A stretch of 62,820 bases of DNA, the filler included, from Nemertoderma westbladi (lineage: Eukaryota > Animalia > Xenacoelomorpha): NCBI GenBank assembly GCA_032718475.1. It is 2 parts of 2 records of this genome, joined end to end, with 100 filler letters (N's around TTAATTAATTAA, not from the genome) between each part and the next. Parts side by side here need not be neighbours in the genome. Positions count along the whole stretch, not along the records: positions 31,828 to 62,820 come from JAUCBJ010006390.1; 1 more part is not named here. One strand, written 5' to 3'. This document shows, piece after piece, positions 36,447-49,377 of this stretch. The notes beneath the pieces are model-generated. The model was not told where the DNA came from. It was given only the letters and a program-made list of their open reading frames with translations, and did not search any database. The first letter of the stretch is position 1. Each line of letters begins with the position of its first letter. Made by a program: the position numbers and the translations under genes.

Positions 36447-37623
36447 ATTTGGCTCTATCACACTACAGGCGCCACTTTTTATATGGAAAACATACCAGTA
36501 CAGCATCATTTAGAGCCTCATGACTCGGGGTTAGGGTTAAATTACTGCTTTAATTTGGTTTGGGCCGCCACTCTTGTAACCTGCGAGGTCCACGAGAACT
36601 GTGAAAAACTGGCGCCCCTAGTGCGATATCCCATGTTATATATTGAATGAGTTGGTCGCAACATCAGTATTCCTATCCTATCTATTACGTAGCTAATCAT
36701 ACATAAACAAATTGTTCCAGAATATTGTGTATTTATTAAATATAATAAATGGCCTTCAGCGAACAATAATTCTTGCAATCTTTGAACGCCTATATCTCAG
36801 CTGTTTCTCAACGAAATTCAGATATTGTTACATATTTGGAATCCTTGCAACGCAAGCTATTTAATGATATGAAAAAAGTACGACTAATGTGAAGAATGTC
36901 CACGATACAGATGGTGCGATTTCGCAAAAGACACTTTTTTAAAACTCTTATAAAAAAATACAATCAAAATCTCAAATTCCGTCTTCATGGTAACAACCAC
37001 GGTGATTATAAATACTTAATAATAATATATTACCATTACAGAAATATATCATATTTAAAATATATTTTTTTTTACTTTCACTGAAAATTTTATAAATTTA
37101 CTGGAAGATCATTATAAAGACAGTAGGCCTAGCCTTTGCAATATTTGTTCTGTATTTATACAAAAATACAACGCACTGAAAACGAGGGAGATTTTTTAGT
37201 TTAAAAGTGTTTAATTTTGAAAACAGAGATTCACCCTCAGCATTACAGATAAACACCATGACAACGATGACATGTAATAATAATGTTCACTAAATATTAA
37301 TGCAAAACTTTAATATAAACAATTGCAGTTTGGTTTACATTTAATGAAAATAAATAATTTTGCGTTTAACAGTTTCCTATAGAAAATACAAATATCCGAA
37401 GTTAGCGGTACTCGATGCGAGAATATTTCGTAAAGCTGAAAAATTATTGTAGGTAAGTGAAAGAGCGTAGCGATGGTTAACCATTTGTATATTGTACCTT
37501 TACCTTATAAGTTAATCTCATTCATATATATTCATATTAAAAATCGTTTACAATGACGTCGTGGGGTGAGGTAGGTAGTACTGTGTACAGGTACTGGTAC
37601 ATTACCTTAAATGTTCAACTTAC

Positions 37624-40600
37624 CGATGGCCGTGGTAGTTAAGAAACGCTTCGAGAATATCCAACATCCGCGTCATCTGAGTGAATATGAGGACCCGGTG
37701 GCCCTGAGCCTTGAGGTCCTTAAGGAGGACGTCGAGGGTCTGCAGCTTACCGCAATCGTACTGAATGAGTCGCGTCTCAGGGAACTGGGCGACCGCGCGG
37801 CTGGCGACAGACTCCATAGCCGCCGTCAGCCGCCGCAACACGGGGGACAACGCCGCCTCGGTAGCGACGGAACGGTTAACCAACCAGGGACGAGGGCGCG
37901 AAACGTGGAAGGCGACGGGGGGCGACCAGACCGCCGGCGAGGTGATAACGAAACGGGAGAGAAGCGGCTCCAAGATGTCTAACCGCTGGGTCGCCGTGGT
38001 TACTAAATCTAAACAAAGGGATGGGAGGGAGCCAATACGGAGCAGGAGGGAGACGGTATCCTCTGCGTAGAGGAAATAATCGCGGAATCTAAGTAGATTC
38101 AGTTGGTTTATAAGCCAACGTTTAGAGTAAACAGCCAATCTACGTTTATCCGCGAGCTGAAGGCTCGCAGCTAACAACGATATATCGTCGCCGCTGTAGT
38201 TTAAATCCTCAACGAAACAGGCGAATGATGTAGGGACTGCGGGGGAAGCGTAACGAGGCGAACCGAGTCGGTAGAGACGAGTTGTAAGAGCGCAACGAGG
38301 GGATACGACCTCCTGGGCGGCGAGAGAGGCCGTCTGGTAGACGAGGCCCGGGAAATACAGCGGGGAGACAATGGGACGCGGATCGAACATATCCGGGTGG
38401 TTGCAGACCTTCCGCAACTGCATAATAATGTTAATCACCGAGAGGAAGTGCCCCGAGGCGAGCGTCTCCTTGGTGCGGGTCTGTCCCATGTACTCGTCGT
38501 AGAGTTGTCGCTGCCGTTTACTCAACCGGCAGCGGATCACGTGTTCGAACTTCTTGGGCATCTGCGGCTCGACCTGAACCTTTAAACGCCGCAACAGGAA
38601 GGGCCGCAGCACCTTGTGCAGCCTCGCTACGATGTCCTTATCGTACTCCTGCGCTCCTTCTACCATCTCTGTCATCGGGTTAGCGAACCATTCTTTAAAC
38701 TCGCCGTGGCTCGCGAACACCGTCGGCATCAGGAAGTGCATTAAACTCCACAACTCCATCAACGAGTTCTGCAACGGCGTCCCGGTTAGCAGCAACCGTC
38801 GCTGCGCGTTGAAGTTGAGCAGAAGTTGCCACCGCTGCGACTTAAAGTTCTTAATGTTCTGGGCTTCGTCTAGAACGAGGTACTTCCAGCGGCGTCTTCG
38901 GAAGCAGGCGTGGTCCTGTACGACGAGGTTGTACGATGTGACGCACACGTGGAAGGAGTTGGGTCGCATCCAACCGCGGCGTTTATTCGCTCGCTCCTTG
39001 GCGCTTCCGTAGTAGGTGAGGATCTTGAAGGCGGGACACCATTTCTTCAACTCGTGCTCCCAGTTGAGTATCACGCTTGTCGGTACCACGACGAGGTGGG
39101 GTCCCCAGCTCCCAGTCTCACAGGCGAGATGGGCCAGCAGGGAGATGGTCTGCATGGTCTTACCGAGGCCCATCTCGTCGGCGAGGATCCCGTTGAGGTT
39201 GTTGTTGTGCATGGTGACCAGCCAGTCGAGGCCGATGTGCTGGTACTCCCTGAGGGTGTGTTTGAGTAGGAAGGGGATGGGAGTGGATACCTGTGTGGTC
39301 GTTAGAGTAAAGCCTTTGGGTTGGAAGGACTCAGCGGTCTCCGCTATATTACTTATAGAATTATCTCGAGGTTCACGACTTCCTTCCACTTTTTTGTTAT
39401 TTGCGGCGCTTTCTACTGAGGTAGATGAATGTGGGCTGTTGGAGTTTCGTGTTTCAGTTACAGAAATTGGTCTTATGGCGTTTTGGATTTCAGATTCAGT
39501 TCTAGAAACTGAACTGTCGGCGTTTTGGATTTCAGTTTCAGTTTTAGAAACTAAACTGTCGGCATTTTGGATTTCAGTTTCAGTTCTAGAAAGTGAACTG
39601 TCGGTGTTTTGGATTTCAGTTTCAGTTTTAGAAACTAAATTGTCGGCATTTTGGATTTCAGATTCAGTTCTAGAAACTGAACTGTCGGCGTTTTGGATTT
39701 CGGTTTCAGTTCTAGAAAATGAACTGTGAGTGTTTTGTATTTCGGTTTCATTTCTAGAAACTGAACTGTCGGTGTTTTGGATTTCAGTTTCAGTTCTAGA
39801 AACTGGACTGTCGGCGTTTTGGATTTCGGTTTCAGTTCTAGAAAATGAACTGTCGGCGTTTTGGATTTCAGTTTCAGTTCTAGAAACTGGACTGTCGGCG
39901 TTTTGTATTTCGGTTTCTGTTCTAGAAACTGGACTGTCGGCGTTTTGGATTTCTGTTTCAGTAACAGAAATTGGTCTGTCGGTGTTTTGGATTTCGGTTA
40001 TTGAGTCGGTGTTTTGGATTTCGGTTATGGAAACTGGACCGTTGTGGTTTCGGATTTGAGTTTCAGAGTGGGAAATCAGCCCACTGGAGTTTTGGACTTC
40101 ATTAACGGTAAGCAGGCTGTTACAGTTTTGGATTTCAGTTTTAGTTCTGGAAACAGGACTACTGGAGTTTTGTATTTCAGTTCTGGAATATACTGAATCT
40201 GGGCTGGTGGGGGATTGGATTTTAGTTCTGGAAACTGGACTGCTGGCTATTTGGATTTCAGTTTCAGAACGGGAAGCCGGACTACTTGTATTTTTAAGTT
40301 CCGACTCAGATCTAGAAATAGGACGACTGCTAAATCTGGAATTGCAATTCGAACTTTCGATTTCAGAACCAGAATGACAAATTAAATGATCAAAATCGAA
40401 AGACTTCAGTTCAGAAACATGAGATGAAGTGACGTCATCGGGTTCAATCAATGCGAGTTGCGATGTGGGAGGCGAAACAGTTCGATGTTTATGAATCAAC
40501 TCGTCCAAATCCAAACGACTTTCAGCCTCGAGAAGAGCGAGTTCCCGAACTGCGTCCTCCTCTGAAGAACTCAACTCCTCCTCGGAATCACAGGAGCTCG

Positions 40601-41513
40601 ATACGCCACTAGGAGGCGCTAAACCTTCGATCAACCAACTAGAATACTTCTCGGTCTCCGCGACTACCGACTTCAGATGATCATCCAAGGCGCGCTTCTT
40701 CCGATCGTCCACGAGGGCTTCCTGCTTGTAACGCGCCAACTTCTCGATGTTCGCCCAGAATCCTTTAACTGCCTTGGCCATAGCGTTGGCGATCTTCTTC
40801 AACCTACCGGCCTCGTCTTTCTCAACGCGGTCGCGTTTCGTCCCGAGCTCCTTGTGGTGCTTGACCACGGCGCTGCCGAGTTTCCGCGCCGACGCATGTT
40901 TCCATCGCAACTCTTGAGCGAAGTCCGCTGCCATGGCGACGGCTTCTTCCAGAAGGAAGTCCCAATGGGACTTCCCGACTCTGGGCGGTTCCCGGGGTTT
41001 ATTGAGTCCGCGGATTGGCCACAGGAACTGCGCCTTTAGTTCCCGAACTCGCCGTATAACAGCGGCGTCCTCCTTGGCGCGGTCCACAATAAGTTCCTGA
41101 CTCGTTGAGTTGTTTGCGACATGATTATCCGAAGGGATCGCTGAAACAACCCCATTATCTTTTACAGTCAAACGGACATCATTGCGACTAGAAATATTTT
41201 CTGGACATGAGAACTTCTTGACTAGCGATTTCAGCGGTTTCAATGTTTCAATTTCCGTTATTTTATGTGAGTTAAGAAAGTGGATTAACTCAGGTGTTGG
41301 TGTAGAGGACCATGATTGAAAGTCAATAAGGTTCCCGCAGTTCTGGATATAGAAGAGTTCGGTAAGGTGGGAGATGTAACGAGCGTTGAGTTCGAAGAGA
41401 CGAGTTTCCTTTACGGCTAATCCGTAACGACGAGTTTGGAGGCGTCGGCGTTTCCGAGAAACATATTGGCTACAGCCCTCCGAGGAAAGGGCGCGTTTCT
41501 GCAAGACCGGCAT
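37624..41513 (-). CDS. SRCAP: domino/SRCAP exon 1: N-terminal motif, HSA domain, repeat insert, SNF2 ATPase
   Basis: LTELFYIQN.GNL.DF; KSHWDFLLEE...A.DF..E..WK (HSA); LREYQHIGLDWL, GILADEMGLGKT, LDEAQNIKN, LLTGTPLQN, QLRKVCNHP, LIQYDCGKLQ; donor CG|GTAAGT joins exon 2 to give YHGHRYLRLDG. Confidence 0.95.
39450..40330 (-). repeat. 42-bp coding tandem repeat (SRTETEIQNADSPV)n
   Basis: About a dozen well-conserved units plus degenerate flanking units, in frame. Confidence 0.9.
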
Positions 41514-41638
41514 ATTTATAAGTAAATATTAATAAATATTGTTCATTTCTCGAAGTTCCCTGAAGAATAACCAAAATACATACCACAAGAACTTATTATT
41601 GGCGTATAGATAGACTGATAGACGGCTCTCTGGCTCTA

Positions 41639-41863
41639 TCCTGTTTGGGGGCCTCCAGTCTATTCAGAGTTCCGGTAGGTCTAGTCTATACATCTGACAG
41701 TCTGACTGTTGATTCTGAATTAAATTTGGTTTTAAATTTTGCTTTATATTTTACAACATTCTGACATTCCTCACGTTTATTGTTTTGGTTCCTTTCAATT
41801 CAACTCGCCTCTGTAACCTGCTCCTTTACTAACCTGCCTGGTTTTGGAGGCCCCCAAACAGGA
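41639..41863. mobile_element. Small TA-flanked MITE just upstream of the domino start codon
   Basis: TA|TCCTGTTTGGGGGCCTCCA ... TGGAGGCCCCCAAACAGGA|TA. Confidence 0.75.
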
Positions 41864-41922
41864 TAATCGCTGATAGACACAACCGGTAGACAATAGGTAT
41901 TCGTATTATACGGTATGTTATA

Positions 41923-43141
41923 GGGTAATTCCATCCAAATTCGACCAATCGCGGTGGCATGGGGTCATAAATTTCGTTTATTTTTGGATATATGGTCGGA
42001 AATGGTATAAAATGACACCTGATGAAATATTTCTGATGATGGTGTATTGGTTTTCGAGATATTGCAGTTCAAAGTTTGCGATTTATTCGAACATATCCCC
42101 AATGAAACCTACAGAAAATCTTTCTGACTAGTGGGTGGAGTCGGAGTGTCATTTTATGTTTATTGTACACATAAATAGGTCTCATACACATTAAAACCAT
42201 GAATAAATACCACCCACTTGTCAGACCAACTTTTCTATGTGGCCAAAGATTGGACTTTTCGACAAATTTTGTCTTTCTGAGGCTTGAGTTAGAGTGGTCT
42301 GAATACAGGAATAGTGGGTAGCCCAAAACATTTAGTAAATAGTTAGATATACCAAACAGCCAAAGGGGGGTTCTGTCAGTCGGGGAGAAGTTCAAATTTC
42401 AACTGAGTTGAAATTTAAAACTTTTTTTTTAAAATTCAACTTTTAAGTTGTAAATTCAACTCTAAAATGGCAGGAGGTACAGAAGGCCCCCAAGACGTGA
42501 CAGAAGGGGTGTTTTTAATGTTTTTATGGATGTAACTCGAAAAATTAACCCTCATTACCGATGGAATAAAAACTTTCACCGTCGGGAACACTTTTTTTAA
42601 AAACATTTTAAGTGATTACATTTGCAAATTAGCTGAAATACTACGGGAATTTATTAGATGTATTTAATTAACGCTGAATGTCATAATTATTATACAATGG
42701 AATACCAGTAATGGATTCCAATTCCATCATTTCCAAAGCTACTCAAAAAGTTGAATTTTAAAAAAAAGTAGAATTTTAAACTCTACTCCAAAAGTTGAAT
42801 TTTAATAAAAAGTTGAATTTTAAAAAATAAAGTTGAAATTTCAACTCAGTTGAAAATAGAACTTCTCCCCGACTGTCTGTGGTACAATTTTCATGTACCA
42901 CCAGCAAGTCAGACTTCCATACCACCATCTGGAAAATTGAAACTTTCCAAAATTGCCATACTTTGGAACATGTTCGAATAAATCGCAAACTTTGAACTGC
43001 AATATCTCGAAAACCAATACACCATCATCAGAAATATTTCATCAGGTGTCATTTTGTACCATTTCCGACCATATATCCAAAAATAAACGAAATTGATGAC
43101 CCCATGCCACCGCGATTGGTCGAATTTGGATGGAATTACCC
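41923..43141. mobile_element. MITE with ~170-bp near-perfect TIRs
   Basis: GGGTAATTCCATCCAAATTCGACCAATCGCGG... and ...CCGCGATTGGTCGAATTTGGATGGAATTACCC; ATA on both flanks. Confidence 0.9.
42377..42875. mobile_element. Nested MITE with 5-bp TSD; a further left end of the same family at ~43150
   Basis: TCTGT|CAGTCGGGGAGAAGTTC ... GAACTTCTCCCCGACTG|TCTGT. Confidence 0.85.
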
Positions 43142-43479
43142 ATAATATACAGTCGGGGAGAAGTTATATTTTCAACTGTGAACTGAGTTGAAATTTCAAC
43201 CTTATTTTGTAAAAGTCAACTTTTTGTTTGGAGATACCGGTACTGGGCACTGGGGGGGGGGGGGGGGGGGGGGGGGTGAAAATACACTACCGCACTACCG
43301 GCTGACCGGTAGTGAATTTTGACCGGGGGGTTGGTTGGTTAATTTTTTTTAGGGGGGTGGGAATTCTCTGCTACACCATTCAGCCATTATCTGATTATAT
43401 AATAATTACAACTAGGGCTCGATGCTCGATCTGAGTTGGAATTTGGCAGGAGCCGGAGTCTAGAGTTTTTCAAAAATTT

Positions 43480-44430
43480 CAAAAATTTAATTATTTATTA
43501 CTGCTGTACTGTACAGCCGTCAGGCTGTATTAATAAAGTATGGTTATTGTTCACCAATCGCTCATAGTCCCTGTGCTGCCAGACTGCTGTCAGGCTGTGT
43601 AGTCAGTCAGAGCCATAGGCCTAATTAATTTCATAATAGGCCTATACAGACAGACAGATTTACGAATTTTCAACTTAAAACATTGACTGACAGTCAGACT
43701 GTCTTCCGCTCTACAGTAAAATTTAAGTTATTAATTTATCACGGACAGACGGCCTGGCGCGACTGCCGTCAGGCCGTACCTACCTACAGCAGTACAGCAG
43801 TAACAGTCAGACAGTACCTAACTCTGTAACTCGCTACCGGTAACTGACAGACTGACTGACTGTAGTAGATAGGTACCGTACTGCGTACTGCCGTACCGGT
43901 ACAGCATGACAGCAGCAAATAGCCCAGCAGTGGTACAGTACAGTCCAGCAGTCCCACAGCACACAGTGTAGGCCTACACTGTCTGACTGTACAGTCATAA
44001 TACAGTAATAGCATTTCATCAGTTCATTACCATTTTTTGTACCAGAACCAGTCAGCCAGTCCAGTACTGCAGAACCAGTCTGCCAGTACCATACAGCCAT
44101 ACCATTACATTTTTGGTGTATGTCAATGTCAGTAGTCACTACTCCTGTACTCAGTACCTTGTGTTGACGTTGAGGTTGACAGCTGACAGGCCTATTACTG
44201 TATTATTACCCTTTATTATTACATTATTAGGCTACGGTACCGTATTAGCTATTAAACTGAAACATTTTAAAGTTCACACTGTCATACCTGTAGTGCTGGA
44301 GTACTGCAGTCAGATTGTTATTGTATGACTCTTTGTAAGTCAGTCAGTCAGTCATTGACTGTAAGTAAATACTGTAGTATGCTTGATGCTGAAGCCAGGA
44401 AGCTGTAGCCTACTACAGTACAGTACTACA
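43480..44430. repeat. Degenerate CAGT/ACTG/GTAC low-complexity tract
   Basis: Dense CAGT, GACT and TACAG words; no coding signal. Confidence 0.6.
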
Positions 44431-45399
44431 GAAATATAATACTTTTATTAAAAAAATAACTCCTGCGATATTTTTATACCGGATATTATATTTTAATAAT
44501 TTAACTGATAACTAAATATATTTTTTCAACTTACGGCTTACGGGCCCTTTCAGCTGCACCTGTTGCCCCCCCCCCCCCCCCCCCCCTTATTCCGTCCCTA
44601 TTTGAGCTGTTGCCTGACTGGAATTCTTACAGGTTTTAGTTCAGATCTGCGGCTCGCTTTTGCACAGCCAAAAATGCGGCGCGACTTTACTGTTTTATGC
44701 AAATACAGTAGAGCCTCAGACTGTCAGAAATATGTCAAACATAAGTCCTACTCCTACTATCTGACTATCTATACATATTATTAATATTTAACTCCTTTCT
44801 ACCTTTGACTCGTTCTCGTAGCACCTTATACGAGCATTGTAAGCAATGCGACAAGCGATGGGAACCATGGTACGAATTATATAGATTGTCCCAGCAGGGC
44901 TTTACAGGGATCGTTTATTAACTGCTCTGTTGCTAGTCTCGATGGAACCTCTGGGTCACTGTATCGGGAGTGCTAAACTCTTTTTTAAGAGCGCTATCTA
45001 TCTTTCCCCTTCCACTGCTTGAGTCCCTATTGATGTACCGCTATGACAAGAAGTCGCTGTCGAATCGTATCTCGCACGGAGCAGCATTGACTGGGGATAT
45101 TGCCAAATGCCAGCTATATCGAAGAAACATTTAATCTTAGAACATTGAGTCTCACAGAAAAAAAAACCAGAATTAGGGACTACTTCGGTATTGTGTAATA
45201 CACTGTGCAGTGTTAATCGAGTGACCTTGCATCATTTGGAAACGGAGCAAACCCCGAGGTAATTCATTTTTTCATTTGCATCCACCCATGGCTATTTTAA
45301 CTGCTTTGTTCTTCCTTTTAATTTGAATATTTACTGTATACTGTATATTGTATCCTATATTTTGTATCACTGGTGCAGTAGCACTTTCACAGCACACAT

Positions 45400-48271
45400 C
45401 AGTTTGAAGCACTATCGGTGCTCCAGCCTGCTTATCGGGAAGTTTAGTTGATGTTATGCTCAAAAAGAAACCGTACAAGGCATTGATCGACAGTGGAAGT
45501 TCTGAAAGTTTCATTCACCTTAGTATTTTGGGTAAACTTACTGTGAAGAAAGCAAAACTTTGACATTAACATGGCTACAGTTTCTGAAACTAAGAAAGTA
45601 AATGGTTTCTGTGAAGCCACATTAGTGATAAATGGACAACATTATAACAAGGTTAAATTAGCTGTACTGCCTGATCTTTGTTGTGATATGATTCTAGGTA
45701 AAGATTTTATGCAGCGCCATTCAAATGTGGTATTTTCTTTCATTTCTGAACCCAGGGTTCATTTTGGGAAAATTGTTTCAAGCTGCCCCGCAAAAAATAC
45801 CACAACTGATACACTTCCAGAAGCAACTCTTGTTGCACAAAGTTTCCTGAAACGGATCATCATAGACGCCGCTTTGTTGTAGATTACTCTCAAACTATCA
45901 ACAAATATACACAACTTGATGCCTATCCGGTTTCCCGTATAGATGATCTAGTCAATGAAGTATCAAAGTACAAGTTCTATAGTTGCCTAGACCTAAAAAG
46001 CGCATATCATCAAATTCCTATTCCTAAAGAAGGCAAACGGTTCACTGTATCAGTATACACTACACGTATACCTTATTATGGGGTAACTAATGGTGTATCT
46101 GCATTCCAACGAATTATGGATAACTTGATAAAAGAAAACAATCTCAAGGCTTGCTTAGACAATATTACAATCTGTGGTATGACACAGCAAGAACATGATG
46201 ACAATCTCAATAAGTTCCTAGAAACTGCCAGGAAGCACAGTCTTACTTTCAATTTCAGTAAGTGTGTATTTTCCAAGAATTCAATATCTATGCTCGGGTA
46301 CGAAGTTTCTCTTGGTTCACTTAAACCTGATCCTGAAAGGTTGGAACCTCTCAGAAACCTTCCTCTTCCTACAAACAATAAAGCCTTACAGAGGTCGAAT
46401 GGTTTATTCTCCTATTATTCAAACTGGGTTTGCCATTTCTCAGATAAAATCAAACCTCTCATACAAGCTAAATCTTTTCCACTTTCTGCAGATGCACAGG
46501 ATGCGTTCCGTACTCTTAAGCATGATATTGAACGAGCAACAACTGTAACTTCTATAGATGAGACTATACCATTTGAAATTGAAACTGATGCGAGCGATGC
46601 AGCTATTGCAGCTACTTTACGGCAAAATGGCAGACCAGTAGCTTTTTTTGCGAGAACACTCAATCAGAGTGAGCTAAGACATTCATCCATTGAGAAGGAA
46701 GCCTATGCTATAATTGAATCAGTTAGAAAGTGGCGACATTTTCTACATGCTAAACCATTTACCCTCCAGACGGATCAGAAATCCCTGTCCTTTATCTTCG
46801 ACAAGACGAAAAATGGCAAAACTAAGAATGATAAGATTTCTAGATGGCGCATGGAATTATCTTGTTTTCAATACTATATAATACATAAACCTGGTAGTGA
46901 TAATCTGGCTGCAGATGCACTTTCGCGTGCATTTTGTGCATCAGTAAATTCTACTTCACTAACAGACCTGCATCATGCCCTCTGTCACCCTGGTATTACT
47001 AGGTTTTACCACTTTGTGAAAGATCGAAATCTGCCATATTTGCTAGAAGATATTAAACGTGTGATATCACAATGTGATATATGTTCAAAATTAAAATCCC
47101 GCTTTTATAAACCACCAGAAGAAGGACATCTTATTAAGGCTACACAACCATTTGAGCGCCTTAATATAGACATCAAGGGACCCCTTCCCTCATATACTCA
47201 AAACAAATACTTCCTTACCATAATAGATGAGTATTCACGCTTCCCATTTATTTACCCATGTAAGAATATGCAGGCTTCCACTGTAATATCATCATGCTTG
47301 TCTCAACTTTTCTCCATATTTGGATTTCCATCATATATACATATATACGGACAGAGGACCCTCTCTTATTTCTGCTGAGCTAAATAATTATTTACACTCT
47401 CATAACATAGCTACCAGCCGTACGTGTCCATATAACCCACGTTGTAATGGCCAGTGTGAACGTTGTAATGGTACCGTGTGGCGAGCTATTCTTCTTTGTT
47501 TGCGATCCAGGCATATGAACGAAAGTGAGTGGGAATCTGTCCTTCCTGATGCGCTTCACTCTATTTCATCTCTTCTGTGCACTGCCACGAACTGTACGTA
47601 CACCCCATGAGCGTCTCTTTAATTACACCCGTAAGTCATCCACAGGTCGATCAATTCCTACTTGATTGTCATCTCCGGGACCTGTTCTAATCCGACGCCA
47701 TGTTCGCAACTCCAAACACGATCCACTAGTAGATGAAGGAGAATTGATTGAGGCTAATCCTTTTTATGCTCATGTGAGGTACTCAAACGGAAGGGAGAGT
47801 ACTGTATCTGTGCGAGATCTGGCCCAACCAGCCCAAATTCATGAAGTTTCTGATAGAGACGATGAGGCTAGTAGAAAGGATACTTTTGATAGTGATGATA
47901 AACAACCAGAGTTAGAAACTAAAAGTGATTCTCTTAGTCGATCAACAGAAGAAGATAAATCTGGGCTAGAAACTGAAAATAATAATATTCGTCGATCCAC
48001 AAGAGAACGTAAAATTCCGAACTATTATGGGTTTAGTTAAATTAAAAGATTCTTAAAGACTCTTTAGAATCGATTTTTAAGCGAACTTTTGTGGAGTGGG
48101 GGAGAATGTCATATGTAGGCATACTGTTGTCACTGTATCTATTCATATTTTTGTAGGCTTCTGTTTAGTCAGATAAGACTCATATTACATTAACTGGTAT
48201 TATTTGGCCTATTGGTATTATACTTCATTATTGTGTATGAGTCGATATTGTTCTTTATTAGCAACATTACA
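45400..48271 (+). mobile_element. Decayed Ty3/Gypsy element (PR-RT-RH-IN, PPT, short 3' LTR 48107-~48271)
   Basis: ALIDSGS; VDYS..IN..T.LDAYP; LDLKSAYHQI; PYGVTNG..AFQR; ETDAS, YS-like HSSIEKEA, ADALSR; HPG..R, PFERLNID.KGP, NG.CER.N; GAGTGGGGGAGAA then TGT; multiple frameshifts. Confidence 0.9.
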
Positions 48272-48519
48272 CAGTGTGAATCTTTGTTCGCTTTTTAATT
48301 CTTAGTAACGTGCAGCGAACTTTTTTTTTACTGTTGTCGGTTGGGTCCGAATTAAATTAAAAAAAAAAATTTAATTTCACTCCATTACGCTATTTCTTTA
48401 AACAGAAACAAGTTTGAAAATCTTTATGTATTTTTCTATGTATTCTTTATGTATTTATGTGTTTTACTTACTGTATTTTTCGTAATACTATACGGTAATA
48501 TAATATAGGGTACCTGTAG

Positions 48520-48715
48520 CTCGGCACAGTGCCACCAAACAAGCAGGCAGTAATGCATTTTAACCAGTCCCAGTTCAAATGGTGAGATTCCAGTTACATG
48601 GGATTGTGTAATGCGGTAACAACTGAATAACACGATTGGGAGGGATTCTAACCAGCCTTGCTTACTAGCTTTTAGGGCGGCTTTCAGTGTACGGTGGAAA
48701 CGTTCCACTTTCCAT
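48520..48715 (-). pseudogene. Second Gypsy integrase fragment
   Basis: VERFHRTLKAALKA...WLESLPIVL...TGISPFEL. Confidence 0.75.
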
Positions 48716-48999
48716 GACATTTGCTAGATCATCCGCATCTTCAAGGCATGTGTCCTTTAAGATGCGTCTCAAGAAAGTCATGGGCTGTCCACCATGCTTT
48801 ATTCACTCCATGAGGCCGCCAAAGCACAAGATTATGCACTGGCTGGTCCTCACGGCGAAAGCAATATCCTTCAAAGCGGAGGCGGCGTTGTTATATTGTC
48901 AAGCTTGGGGTAACCATCGATACACCTCCAATGTTATATAGTAGCTGGTTGGAGGTGCGCATTGTACTTGACACAGTAAACCCGTCGTAGCATTCTTGT
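48716..48999 (-). mobile_element. 3' fragment of RTE-type LINE (same family as 50513-52962)
   Basis: Near-identity to 50587-50875 (CCATGACATTTGCTAGATCATCCGCATCTTCAAGG...). Confidence 0.9.
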
Positions 49000-49377
49000 G
49001 TTCTTTTGAGTTTAATACTTAACAGTATCGGTCACCCCTGCCTCCCTTGTACATGTACACATTGTACAGTATTGTGCACTTTGAAGAAAAAATCTGGACA
49101 ATTTGCGTGACATACTTTACGATCGCACCCCTAAGCAATATTGACCATATGGTCTGTGATAAATTTGAGTTAAATACAGTGTAGGCCCCCTACAGAACTT
49201 TTGAGAATGTAGAATTGGTAACTCCAGCTCTTGCGTATCGGCTGAGATTAGAAGCTACAATCTGGAAATAAAGCAGATATTAGTTTTGACTTTGACTACT
49301 TGTCTATTATACTCCTAACGGATTTTTCACGTCACATCACTCTGTTTATGTTTAATACATGTTTATTACATGGCTAC

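Noticed and set aside
37611-41039. Plus-strand ORFs opposite domino exon 1, including (AFWISVSVLETELS)n
   Set aside because: Antisense shadows of GC-rich coding sequence and the 42-bp repeat.
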